DNA of 32,310 nucleotides from Corallococcus aberystwythensis (GTDB lineage Bacteria; Myxococcota; Myxococcia; Myxococcales; Myxococcaceae): assembly GCF_003612165.1 (NCBI RefSeq), contig NZ_RAWK01000089.1:1-32310 (forward strand), given 5' to 3'. Under the pieces are notes generated by a model that worked only from the letters and a program-made list of their open reading frames with translations, searched no databases and had not been told where the DNA came from. A program made the translations under genes and the position numbers. Below, in pieces: positions 1 through 8,576 of this stretch (the stretch's first letter is position 1; each line of letters begins with the position of its first letter).

Positions 1-46
1 CTCCCATGCGGGCCATGACTCCCCCACCTTCTTCTGGGGGTGCACG

Positions 47-445
47 ATGAAGCGAGGCCGTTGGAGAGGAACCTGGGGGCTGGCTGCCGTGCTGCTGGGG
101 CTTCCAGCGCTGGGGCAGCTCGAGGAACCGCCCCGGGGCGCGCCGCAATACTCCTGCTTCGAAGCGGCGCGCGAGGGCAGCGGGGTGAGCGAGAGCCTCG
201 CGGCCCAGCTCTGCCAGGGTGCCAGTTCCGACGCCCCTGCGCGGTGCTTCCTCCGGGCCCGGGAGGGAGGATTCCTCGCGGAACCGCAAGCGCTCCAGCT
301 CTGCCAGTACGCCGAGCCCTCGGACGATCCCGCGGCCTGTTTCCTCAAGGCGCGGACGTCCTCGTTCCTGGACGAGCCACAGATCTTGCAGCTCTGCCGC
401 CCACCCCTCGCGGAGATACAGAATCTGTGTCCCTACGGTCCCTGA
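47..445 (+). CDS. small secreted Cys-containing repeat protein (hypothetical)
   Basis: ATG at 47 with a GGGGGTG SD-like stretch upstream. N-terminal signal peptide (MKRGRWRGTWGLAAVLLGLPALG). Three degenerate tandem repeats of about 31 aa, each with the pattern P..CF..AR...E...LQLC. Convergent with the aminopeptidase gene. Confidence 0.5.
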   Translation: MKRGRWRGTWGLAAVLLGLPALGQLEEPPRGAPQYSCFEAAREGSGVSESLAAQLCQGASSDAPARCFLRAREGGFLAEPQALQLCQYAEPSDDPAACFLKARTSSFLDEPQILQLCRPPLAEIQNLCPYGP

Positions 446-464
446 ACCTCCCCCCTCCGCGGGC

Positions 465-3149
465 TCACCGGGTCCGGAGGAACGCCTTGACGCTCGGGGC
501 CTGGACCTTCTGGGACTCGATGCACAACCGGATGGACTCCAGGGCGCGGGCCAGCGCGCGCGGACCGCCTTCGATTTTGTCCACGCGCGGCGTGAGGAAC
601 GTTTCCACCTGTGCAAGGTTGATTTCGTCGCAGAGGTTCCCTGTCTGGCCAATCAGCCGGCCCAGCTCATCCGAGCGCAGCCGCTGCGTCAGCGCATCGA
701 AGTGCGTCTGGTAGAAGTTCCACGCCAGCGACTGCGACTCCGGCGACATCAGCGCCATCGTGAGGATGACCTGCGAGTCCCGCACGTCGAAGTCCGGTGA
801 CACCACGAGCCCCAGCGCCCGCCACAGCAGGTCCGAGTTCCGGAAGTACGCCAGGGACATCAGCAGCCTGGAACGCTCGGTGCGGTCCTGCTCCTTCTTC
901 GCGGCCTCCAGCAACGCGTCGAACAGCGCCGCGTCACCATGCGTCGCGGCCCGGGGCAGCGCGCTGCTGAACGCCTCCGGGTCCACCGACTTCCGGTCCG
1001 CCAGCCACGCACGCACCAGGGGCAGCGCTTCCTTCACCAGCTGCGGGTCGTCGCCAATGCCACCCGCCAACCGGAGGAACATCGACCGTGACTCCTTCAC
1101 GGAGTCGTCCTCGCCCGGCTTGGGCACCCACCCCATGGCCCGAGCGCGTGCGGAGTAGAGGGATGCCACCCACGCGCGGAAGCGCTTGCGCTCCTCCGGC
1201 GTGAGTTGATCCACGCGCACTCCTTCGAGCAGCGAGGCGCCACTCGCCACCACGAGGCGGTTCGTCGATTTCGCGGAGGCCGGCACCGCCTTCAGCGCCT
1301 CACCCAGCGGCAGGTCTCCGCGAGACACCGCCGCGTCCACGTCCGCCCAGAGCGACACCTGCTCCGCCGGGGTGAAGGCAGCCACCGGGGTCGCGAGCAG
1401 CTTCGTCAGCTGTTCGCGCGTGTACCCGCCGCGGTAGTACCCCGTACCGCCCGCGTTGAGCAGCACCCACGCCGGGCACTGCTTCGTGGGCAGCGCCACC
1501 TCCGCAGTGGGGCCCTGCAACATCGAGCACACCCGCGATGATTGCGTGCCCGTCCCCACGCGCAGACACACGGGTACCTGCCATTCCTGCTTTGCGTCCG
1601 CCTTGGACCCGACGGGCAGGTAGCGTTCCTGAGACAGCTTCACCGTCGGAGCACCGCCCGCCGGGCACGACAGCTGTGCGGTGATTCGCGGCGCGCCCCG
1701 CTGCGTGATGAACCCGCCGAAGGATTGCGCGACCTCCGGGCCCGCCGCCTGGGACAGGTCCGCGAGGAAGTCCTCCATCGTCGCGACCTTCCAGGCGTGC
1801 TTGCGGACATAGCCCCGGAGCATGTCGCGGAAGCGCTCAGGCCCCAGCCAGGCCTCGTACATGGCGATGACGGAGGAACCCTTGTCATACGTCGTCCCGT
1901 TGTCGAACGCCCCCACGATGTCGTCATTGCTGGCCACCGGCTTGCGCACGGGCAGTGCTGCCTCCAGCGCATCCGATTCCAGCGCGGAACGCGTCGCGGA
2001 CATGGCGCGCATCTGCTGGTAGTCCCAGGACGGCTCCAGCCGATCCACCGTCTGCCGGTCCAGCCACGCGGTGAACGACTCGTTCAGCCAGATGTCGTTC
2101 CACCACGAGCAGGTGACGACGTCTCCGAACCAGTAGTGGCCCAGCTCATGGTTGGCGATGACCGCGTAGGACTTGCGGCGGACCAGCGTCTCTTCACCGG
2201 GCGGGATGAGCGTGAGCGGCTGCCCGAGCGCGACGATGCCCGGGTGTTCCATGGTGCCCCAGTACCGGGGCACGACCGCCACATCCAGCTTCTCGTACGG
2301 ATAGGGCTGGTCGAAGAAGTCCTCCAGTCCCTTCACGATGCGCGGCGTGATGCTGGCGGCGTAGCGCGTCTCCGCGCCCCGGCCCTTGGGGACGATGAAG
2401 CGCAGCGGCACGTTCGTGCGGCCCACGGTGCCGGCCTCCACCACGTCGAACGGCCCCACCATGAAGGCCACGAGGTAGCTGGGCATCGGCTTGCTCTCCG
2501 CGAAGGTGACGCGCTCCAGCCCGTCCGCCAGCGGCTCGCGAGACACGACGGGATGGTTGGCGAGCGCCACCTGGCCAGCCTTCACGGTGAAGCGCAGGCG
2601 CCACGGCACCTTGAAGGTCGGCTCGTCGAAGCAAGGGAAGGCGCGGCGCGCGTCGATGGGTTCGAAGAACGTGTAGAGGTAGGACTCCCCGCCCTCCGCC
2701 ACGCCGTAGAGACCCTGGCTGCGCTCACGGTCCACCTTGCCGGTGAAGTCCAGCAGGAGCTGGGCCTTGCCGGCAGGCAGTTCCTCCGGCAGCAGCAATC
2801 CCAGACGTCCCTCGTTCGCGGTGACGGGCTTCGCGTCGAACGTGCGACCGCCCACGGTGACGCGCGCCCGCGTCACGTCCAGGTCCTGCGCGTGCAGCCA
2901 CACCTGGCGCACCGGCTCACGGACCTCCACGTCGATGGTGACGCTGCCCGGGTACGTGTCCTCCGTGGGCACGAGCTTCAGGTCCAGCGCGTAGTGCACG
3001 GGCCGCACGGTGTCCGGCAGCCGCAGCGCGGGCGGCAGTGCCTCCGGCCACGAGACAGTGGCCGGTAGGGACGCGGGCGGTGCGGCGTCCGGCGCGTGGG
3101 CACAGCGGACGGTCAACACCACCAGGATGAAGAGTGGGAGCAGTCGCAT
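465..3149 (-). CDS. M1 family zinc aminopeptidase (aminopeptidase N-like), secreted
   Basis: 894 aa with signal peptide MRLLPLFILVVLTVRCAHA. GAMEN-like motif (WGTMEHPG). HEXXH-X18-E motif (HELGHYWFGD...WLNESFTAW). Long ERAP1-like C-terminal helical domain. Confidence 0.9.
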   Translation of the reverse strand: MRLLPLFILVVLTVRCAHAPDAAPPASLPATVSWPEALPPALRLPDTVRPVHYALDLKLVPTEDTYPGSVTIDVEVREPVRQVWLHAQDLDVTRARVTVGGRTFDAKPVTANEGRLGLLLPEELPAGKAQLLLDFTGKVDRERSQGLYGVAEGGESYLYTFFEPIDARRAFPCFDEPTFKVPWRLRFTVKAGQVALANHPVVSREPLADGLERVTFAESKPMPSYLVAFMVGPFDVVEAGTVGRTNVPLRFIVPKGRGAETRYAASITPRIVKGLEDFFDQPYPYEKLDVAVVPRYWGTMEHPGIVALGQPLTLIPPGEETLVRRKSYAVIANHELGHYWFGDVVTCSWWNDIWLNESFTAWLDRQTVDRLEPSWDYQQMRAMSATRSALESDALEAALPVRKPVASNDDIVGAFDNGTTYDKGSSVIAMYEAWLGPERFRDMLRGYVRKHAWKVATMEDFLADLSQAAGPEVAQSFGGFITQRGAPRITAQLSCPAGGAPTVKLSQERYLPVGSKADAKQEWQVPVCLRVGTGTQSSRVCSMLQGPTAEVALPTKQCPAWVLLNAGGTGYYRGGYTREQLTKLLATPVAAFTPAEQVSLWADVDAAVSRGDLPLGEALKAVPASAKSTNRLVVASGASLLEGVRVDQLTPEERKRFRAWVASLYSARARAMGWVPKPGEDDSVKESRSMFLRLAGGIGDDPQLVKEALPLVRAWLADRKSVDPEAFSSALPRAATHGDAALFDALLEAAKKEQDRTERSRLLMSLAYFRNSDLLWRALGLVVSPDFDVRDSQVILTMALMSPESQSLAWNFYQTHFDALTQRLRSDELGRLIGQTGNLCDEINLAQVETFLTPRVDKIEGGPRALARALESIRLCIESQKVQAPSVKAFLRTR

Positions 3150-3297
3150 GGGGCCGGAGCCTAGACCAAGCGCGGGTTGCGCAAGGGTGTGGTGACTCCG
3201 GCGCGTCGGTCATCCTTGCTGGCGGTGCGTGCCGCCATACTCCAGGGCTGACCCGCTTGCCCTCGTGAAGCTCCGGCTGAATCGAACGGACGTGACC

Positions 3298-4215
3298 ATG
3301 CGTCTTTGCGCCTGCCTCGCAGTTCTCCTCCTTGTGTCGGCCTGCGCTACGTCAGGTCCGGCCCCAAGAGAGCGCACGTCCCGGAACCCGCGGATCGCCA
3401 ACCTCCAGAGAGCAGCGGAGCTGCCGTGGAGTGAAGAGGGACGCTGTGTCATCCAAGAGGCGTCCCAGCCCTGGTCCGTGGTGGCGGAGCGCTGCTTTCG
3501 GGCCCTCGACCACGACAAGGTCCGGTTTCACGACCCGACGGGACGCTGCACGGTCGCCTCCGCAGGCGCGGCGACCCTGGGCCTTGGAGTCTGCGTCCTG
3601 GCGGCCCCTGAGATCGTCGTTGGTGCCGTCATCATCATTGGCGTGGTGGTGGTCGCGGTGGCCATCAAGGAAGAGCTGGATGCGTATGAGCTACGCCACC
3701 TCTATCCCGAGGAAGCAGGAACAGCGCGAGGAACGAAGGCGACTCCCCGGGAGGCCACAGCGAACCGGAAGCCCAAGCTGGAGCCGAAACCCGCAGGGCA
3801 GGACTGGCAGCCCCCCATGCCGCCCGGTCCCCAGGACCGGACACGCCCCGCCAGGTGCGAACCCATCCCGGTAAAACACCGGGGCGGTGATGACGCGCAC
3901 AACAAGTGCGCCGACACGTTTCCACCCAACCGCTATCCCGGCAAGGACGTGCTGGTAGACGGCAAGCACTTCGATGCACTGCAAATCAAGCTGCCCGTGC
4001 TGTGGGAGATCAAGACCGACCGGTTTGATACGTACAGTGACTTTCTGCAGGAGCAGGTAGTCGCCGATCAGGTGGAGGAGATGAGGGAAGAGCGGGACAT
4101 CGCGGCTTCATGTGGATATGGCTTCGTGGTGGGAGTGAGCACCGAAAAGCACAAAAAAGCGCTGGAGTCCCAGGCGCGCGAACTCAAGGTCGTAGTCACA
4201 GGGTGCACTCGATGA
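3298..4215 (+). CDS. lipoprotein with C-terminal PD-(D/E)xK nuclease-like toxin domain (candidate polymorphic toxin)
   Basis: ATG at 3298 gives MRLCACLAVLLLVSAC with a lipobox (VSAC). A 30-aa hydrophobic segment (LGLGVCVLAAPEIVVGAVIIIGVVVVAVAI) follows. The C-terminus carries D...E-x-K signatures (HFDALQ ... LWEIKTD) typical of restriction-endonuclease-fold toxins. The C-terminal half is visibly GC-poorer than surrounding genes. The ORF track begins at 3229, an upstream in-frame M. Confidence 0.55.
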   Translation: MRLCACLAVLLLVSACATSGPAPRERTSRNPRIANLQRAAELPWSEEGRCVIQEASQPWSVVAERCFRALDHDKVRFHDPTGRCTVASAGAATLGLGVCVLAAPEIVVGAVIIIGVVVVAVAIKEELDAYELRHLYPEEAGTARGTKATPREATANRKPKLEPKPAGQDWQPPMPPGPQDRTRPARCEPIPVKHRGGDDAHNKCADTFPPNRYPGKDVLVDGKHFDALQIKLPVLWEIKTDRFDTYSDFLQEQVVADQVEEMREERDIAASCGYGFVVGVSTEKHKKALESQARELKVVVTGCTR

Positions 4216-4973
4216 CCCAGCGAAGGACCCTCAACATCATCGTCTACGCGCCCGCGCTGATGGACAGCGATGGCCGCGCCCTCGCCATTGTCGAAGGGAT
4301 GGAGCGGGCACTTCCCGGCTTACACCTCGCGTGGAAGGTCTCCAAGGAGGGGAAAACCATCGCATTGCCACAGCGTGATGCATGGCTCATGGAAGGAACC
4401 CGGAAGGGGAAGTTCCCTTTGGTGTGCAATGGAGACGAGGGGCATCCCATCACGATCTATGGGCTTCAGACGCCCGCGCGGCAGGCGCCGGGTGGCCGAC
4501 AACTGCTGGACGTCCACGCAGGGCTACCACTCGACGCAACTGTGATTGGGACTGCAGCGGATGTGCTGGAAGGTGTGGCAGCGGGCGCAGGTGCATTCTG
4601 GGGGTATGCGACACCGCTCCCGGCGGGAGTGGAAATCGCACGCCAAACGGTTGATCCCGTGCACAAACCGGGGGTTCCGCCGAGAGGGCTGCCTGCGCTA
4701 AAACTCCCCGAGAAGATCCGCTCGCCGGAGATTCCTTATTGCCTCGGCTGGCTGAATTACTGGTCTGCCGCTGCTGCACAAGCCGTGGGGTTCCCAGATC
4801 CCGCTCGCGACGCGGACCTGCTCTCACGCTCGCGGCGCACCGCGACGGGCGGGTGGGTCGTGCAACTCACGGACGCACCTCTCGACCTGGACATCCCTGA
4901 GCACCTGGACGCGCTGAAACAAGCCTACGAACGCTTCCCGGTGATTGGCGGACGGCCCGCACCTTCGCCCTGA
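4212..4973 (+). CDS. candidate cognate immunity protein (hypothetical)
   Basis: ATG at 4212 overlaps the toxin stop codon as ATGA (translational coupling). It is in frame with the longer track ORF 4110..4973. No recognisable domain. Lower GC3 than neighbours. It follows the toxin gene on the same strand. Confidence 0.45.
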   Translation: MTQRRTLNIIVYAPALMDSDGRALAIVEGMERALPGLHLAWKVSKEGKTIALPQRDAWLMEGTRKGKFPLVCNGDEGHPITIYGLQTPARQAPGGRQLLDVHAGLPLDATVIGTAADVLEGVAAGAGAFWGYATPLPAGVEIARQTVDPVHKPGVPPRGLPALKLPEKIRSPEIPYCLGWLNYWSAAAAQAVGFPDPARDADLLSRSRRTATGGWVVQLTDAPLDLDIPEHLDALKQAYERFPVIGGRPAPSP

Positions 4974-5019
4974 TGCCTTCCAGATGCACGCGGCGGTGGA
5001 CTGGGCCAGGATGCGCCCC

Positions 5020-5841
5020 ATGTCCAACCTCCAAGGCAAGACCCTCTTCATCACCGGCGCCAGCCGCGGCATCGGCAAGGCCATCGCGCTGCGCGCGGCC
5101 CGCGACGGCGCCAACATCGTCATCGCGGCCAAGACGACGGACCCGCACCCCAAGCTGCCCGGCACCATCTACACGGCGGCGAAGGAGATTGAAGAGGCCG
5201 GTGGCAAGGCCCTCCCCTGCGTGGTGGACATCCGCGACGAGGCGCAGATCCACGCCGCCGTCGCCAAGGCCGTGGAGACCTTCGGCGGCATCGACATCCT
5301 GGTGAACAACGCCAGCGCCATCAGCCTCACCGGCACCCTGGAGACGCCGCTCAAGCGCTTCGACCTCATGCACGGCATCAACACGCGCGGCACCTTCGCG
5401 TGCTCGCAGGCGTGCATCCCGTACCTCAAGAAGTCCTCCAACCCGCACATCCTCAACAACTCGCCGCCGCTCAACATGGAGCCGCGCTGGTTCGGCCCGC
5501 ATGTGGCCTACACCATCGCGAAGTACGGCATGAGCCTGTGCGCGCTGGGCATGGCGGAGGAGCTCAAGGACGACGGCATCGCCGTCAACACGCTGTGGCC
5601 CCGCACCGTCATCGCCACCGCCGCCGTGCAGAACCTGCTGGGCGGCGACGACACCATCAAGGGCAGCCGCACGCCGGAGATCATGGCGGACGCCGCCTAC
5701 GCCATCCTCACCAAGCCCAGCCGCTCCTTCACCGGCAACTTCTGCATCGACGATGAAGTGCTGCGCGCCGCCGGCATCACCAACCTGGACAAGTACCAGT
5801 CCGTCCCCGGCGCGGAATTGCTGCCCGACTTCTTCCTCTAG
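5020..5841 (+). CDS. SDR family NAD(P)-dependent oxidoreductase (HSDL2-like)
   Basis: TLFITGASRGIGKAIA glycine-rich Rossmann motif, NNAS motif and YTIAKYG (YxxxK) catalytic motif. ATG at 5020; the in-frame upstream extension from 4945 overlaps the previous gene. Confidence 0.85.
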   Translation: MSNLQGKTLFITGASRGIGKAIALRAARDGANIVIAAKTTDPHPKLPGTIYTAAKEIEEAGGKALPCVVDIRDEAQIHAAVAKAVETFGGIDILVNNASAISLTGTLETPLKRFDLMHGINTRGTFACSQACIPYLKKSSNPHILNNSPPLNMEPRWFGPHVAYTIAKYGMSLCALGMAEELKDDGIAVNTLWPRTVIATAAVQNLLGGDDTIKGSRTPEIMADAAYAILTKPSRSFTGNFCIDDEVLRAAGITNLDKYQSVPGAELLPDFFL

Positions 5842-5862
5842 GAACGCACGGCCTCCGGCCCC

Positions 5863-6783
5863 ATGCCCCCGCGCAAGCTCCAGCGACACCTGGTCTGGCT
5901 CGAGTCCTTCACCGCCGCCGTGGAGGCCGGCAGCATCGACGCCGCCGCGGAGCACCTGGGCGTCGCCCGCTCCGTCGTGAGCGAGCACATCCGCGCCCTG
6001 GAAGAAGTGCTCGCGGACGGCGCCGTCCTGCTGGAGCGGGGGCCGGGCCGGCGCCTGCAACTGTCCGCGCGCGGAGAGCGCCTCTACGCGGGCACCCAGA
6101 CGCCGCTGCACCAGCTGGACGTGAAGCGGCTGATGGACCTGGCCCGCGTGGAGCCCACCCTGCGCCTGGGCCTCAACCCCACCCTCTCCATGTCGCTGTT
6201 GGGCGGCATCGCGCAGGACGCCGCCGCCACCGACCTCAAGCTGGTGGTGGGCTTCGGCGGCTCGCACGAGCTCATGCGCCAGGTGCAGACCCGGCAGCAG
6301 GACCTGGTGCTCGACTTCACCCCCCTGCCTCCACATGACGGCGTGGACACCGAATCCCTGCTGCGCATGTCCTTCGTCGTCATCGCGGGCCCGGACTCCG
6401 CGCTCGCCCATGCCCACCCTTCCCGCCGCTCCCTGGACGTGAAGGACCTCCAGGGCCAGCGCTTCGTGGACTGGCTGCGGGACGACCCCTACGGCGGCGC
6501 CAACAGCGCGCGCTTCGCCGCGCACGGCGTCTCCGTCACGGAGGTCGGCCGGGTGGAGAGCTTCCTCCACCTCTATGAGCTGCTGCGCGCCTACCGGGCC
6601 TGCACCATCGCCCCGGACGTGCGCCCCGCCCAGCCGTTCCCCGCCGACCTCCACGTCTGGCCCCTGCGCGAACAGGAGCCCCAGCTCGTGGAGGTGGTCG
6701 CCCTGTGGCCCTCCGGAGGCCTCAGTCCCGCCGTCCGGGCCATCCTCGACGGGGTGCGTCGTCGCCTGAACAAACGGCGATAA
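5863..6783 (+). CDS. LysR family transcriptional regulator
   Basis: N-terminal HTH (LQRHLVWLESFTAAVEAGSIDAAAEHLGVARSVVSEHIRALE) followed by a periplasmic-binding-like effector domain, about 306 aa. Starts 21 bp after the SDR stop. Confidence 0.8.
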   Translation: MPPRKLQRHLVWLESFTAAVEAGSIDAAAEHLGVARSVVSEHIRALEEVLADGAVLLERGPGRRLQLSARGERLYAGTQTPLHQLDVKRLMDLARVEPTLRLGLNPTLSMSLLGGIAQDAAATDLKLVVGFGGSHELMRQVQTRQQDLVLDFTPLPPHDGVDTESLLRMSFVVIAGPDSALAHAHPSRRSLDVKDLQGQRFVDWLRDDPYGGANSARFAAHGVSVTEVGRVESFLHLYELLRAYRACTIAPDVRPAQPFPADLHVWPLREQEPQLVEVVALWPSGGLSPAVRAILDGVRRRLNKRR

Positions 6784-6803
6784 TCCGACGAAGACGTCGG
6801 ATT
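6782..6803. promoter_or_regulatory. perfect 9-bp inverted repeat AATCCGACG-aaga-CGTCGGATT at the LysR stop, upstream of phhA
   Basis: Read directly from the sequence. It overlaps the TAA stop of the LysR gene and lies about 75 bp upstream of the phhA start. It could be a terminator hairpin or a LysR-type operator. Confidence 0.35.
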
Positions 6804-6875
6804 CTGCCGGATTTCCGTCTTGCGGTGCGATGCGTATCCTTCAGCAGTCCTGGTTCTTCAGAAGGAGCCGCCCCG

Positions 6876-8471
6876 ATGACCCCCACGGAACGGACCATTG
6901 CCCGCCTTCCCGCCCACCTGCGCCGCTACGTGGTGGCCCAGGACTACGCGGCGTACACGCCTCGGGACCAGGCGGTGTGGCGGCACATCCTGGGGCAGCT
7001 GCGGGAGCACCTGAGCGACAAGGCGCACCCCGTCTACCTGGAGGGCCTGGAGGCCACGGGCATCGGCGCGGAGGCCATCCCCAGCCTGGACGAGATGAAC
7101 GAGAAGCTGTCGAAGCTGGGCTGGGCCTGCGTGGCGGTGCGCGGCTTCATCCCGCCGGCCGTCTTCACTGAGTTGCAGGCGCTGGGGGTGCTGGCCATCG
7201 CGGCGGACATCCGTACGCACGAGCACATCCAGTACACGCCCGCGCCGGACATCGTCCATGAGAGCGCGGGCCACGCGCCCATCATCGCGAACGCGCGGTA
7301 CGCCCAATACCTCAAGGCCGTGGGGCTGGTGGGGTTCAAGGCCATCGCCAGCGTGGAAGACCAGGCCGTCTTCGAGGCCATCCGCAACCTCTCCGTGGTG
7401 AAGGAGGACCCCACCGCCACCGAGGAGGAGATTGCCCACGCCCAGGCCCGCCTGGAGGCCGCCAACGCCAGCCACCGCTACATCAGCGAGAGCACCCGCG
7501 CGAGCCGCCTGTACTGGTGGACCGCGGAGTACGGGCTCATTGGCGACCTGAAGCACCCGCGCATCTACGGCGCGGGCCTGCTGTCCAGCATCGGCGAGGC
7601 GAAGCACTGCCTGACCTCCGCCGTGCACAAGCGGCCCCTGGGCGTGGCGTGCGCGGACACGGACTACGACATCACCCGCATGCAGCCGCAGCTCTTCGTG
7701 GCGCGCGACTTTGAACACCTCTTCGAGGTGCTGGCCGAGTTCGAGTCCACGCTCGCGTGGAAGCGCGGCGGGGACCTGGGCCTCCAGGAAGCGCTGCGCG
7801 CGCGCACGGTGAACCACCTGGTGCTCGCGGATGGCCGCGAGGTGACGGGCAAAGTCGTGGAGTTGCTGCCGGCCGGGAAGGACGTGGCCCCGGGCCTGTC
7901 CTCCGCGCTGGCCCGGCTGGAGGGCCCCATCCTCACGTCGCGGAGCGGACAGGCGCTGGACAAGCCCTTCAGCGGCGCGGCGCTGGTCGCGTTTGGACAG
8001 GGCACCCTGCCGGAGCGCGGACGCTTCAAGCTGACGCTCGACAGCGACCTGGTGCTGGAGGGCTTCGCGGTGGGCGGCGGTGAGGTGATTGACCTGAGCG
8101 GCACGCTCGGGGGACGTGAGCTGACGCTGCCGTCCATGGCGCGCCTGTACCTGACGGAGCGGCTGCCGTCCGTGGCGGGCGGGCCCGCGGACCCGGGCAC
8201 GTGGGACAAGTGGTTCGGGGAGATGGACGCCTTCACCGCGGGCGACGGCGAGGCCCAGGCGCGCGAGCGCAAGGCGCAGGCCCTGCACCCGTCGCTGGCC
8301 GCCCTCTACACGGAGGTGCGCCGCATCCGCGAGACGGGGCAGCTGGCCCCCGAGCGGCTGGAGCAGATTGCCCGCGCGTCCACGGACTTCCCCACCGACT
8401 GGCTCCTGCGCGCGGAAGTGGCGGAGCTGCGCGGTGAGGTGCCCTCGCGGCGCGAGACGGCGCACGCGTAG
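6876..8471 (+). CDS. phhA: phenylalanine-4-hydroxylase (aromatic amino acid hydroxylase) with about 250-aa C-terminal extension
   Basis: ATG at 6876 preceded by GAAGGAG SD. Catalytic-core motifs HEHIQYTPAPDIVHESAGHAP, YWWTAEYGLIG and PRIYGAGLLSS (iron-binding 2-His-1-Glu region). The product is 531 aa, against about 300 aa for typical bacterial PhhA. The track ORF starts at 6705, inside the LysR gene end. Confidence 0.85.
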   Translation: MTPTERTIARLPAHLRRYVVAQDYAAYTPRDQAVWRHILGQLREHLSDKAHPVYLEGLEATGIGAEAIPSLDEMNEKLSKLGWACVAVRGFIPPAVFTELQALGVLAIAADIRTHEHIQYTPAPDIVHESAGHAPIIANARYAQYLKAVGLVGFKAIASVEDQAVFEAIRNLSVVKEDPTATEEEIAHAQARLEAANASHRYISESTRASRLYWWTAEYGLIGDLKHPRIYGAGLLSSIGEAKHCLTSAVHKRPLGVACADTDYDITRMQPQLFVARDFEHLFEVLAEFESTLAWKRGGDLGLQEALRARTVNHLVLADGREVTGKVVELLPAGKDVAPGLSSALARLEGPILTSRSGQALDKPFSGAALVAFGQGTLPERGRFKLTLDSDLVLEGFAVGGGEVIDLSGTLGGRELTLPSMARLYLTERLPSVAGGPADPGTWDKWFGEMDAFTAGDGEAQARERKAQALHPSLAALYTEVRRIRETGQLAPERLEQIARASTDFPTDWLLRAEVAELRGEVPSRRETAHA

Positions 8472-8509
8472 CGGCCCCGCCTTCCTCAACGACAGACGGA
8501 TGACGTGAA

Positions 8510-8545
8510 ACGGCCCGGTCGACCTCTTGATGAGGTCGCCGGGCC
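8510..8545. terminator. imperfect hairpin between convergent phhA and LysM-hydrolase genes
   Basis: CGGCCCGGTCGACCTC-ttgat-GAGGTCGCCGGGCCG gives a stem of about 15 bp with one bulge. It lies between two convergent stop codons. There is no strong U-tract. Confidence 0.4.
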
Positions 8546-8576
8546 GAATCGCTTCCAGGGGCTTTCGCCGCCGGGA

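Noticed and set aside
1542-3068. 508-aa ORF on the + strand
   Set aside because: It is antisense to the M1 aminopeptidase, which has unambiguous HEXXH/GAMEN motifs. The composition is Arg/His/Gly-rich.
4867-6654. 595-aa ORF on the minus strand
   Set aside because: It is antisense to the SDR and LysR genes. The translation is Gly/Arg/Ala/Val-rich with no domain signature. This is the typical shadow ORF of a high-GC genome.
6705-6875. Upstream extension of the phhA ORF starting at 6705
   Set aside because: It overlaps the 3' end of the LysR gene in another frame and is Arg/Pro-rich. The ATG at 6876 has a strong GAAGGAG SD and begins the conserved PAH region.
6858-8489. 543-aa ORF on the minus strand
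   Set aside because: It is antisense to phhA. The composition is Arg/Gly/Leu-rich and low in complexity. phhA on the + strand has clear catalytic motifs.
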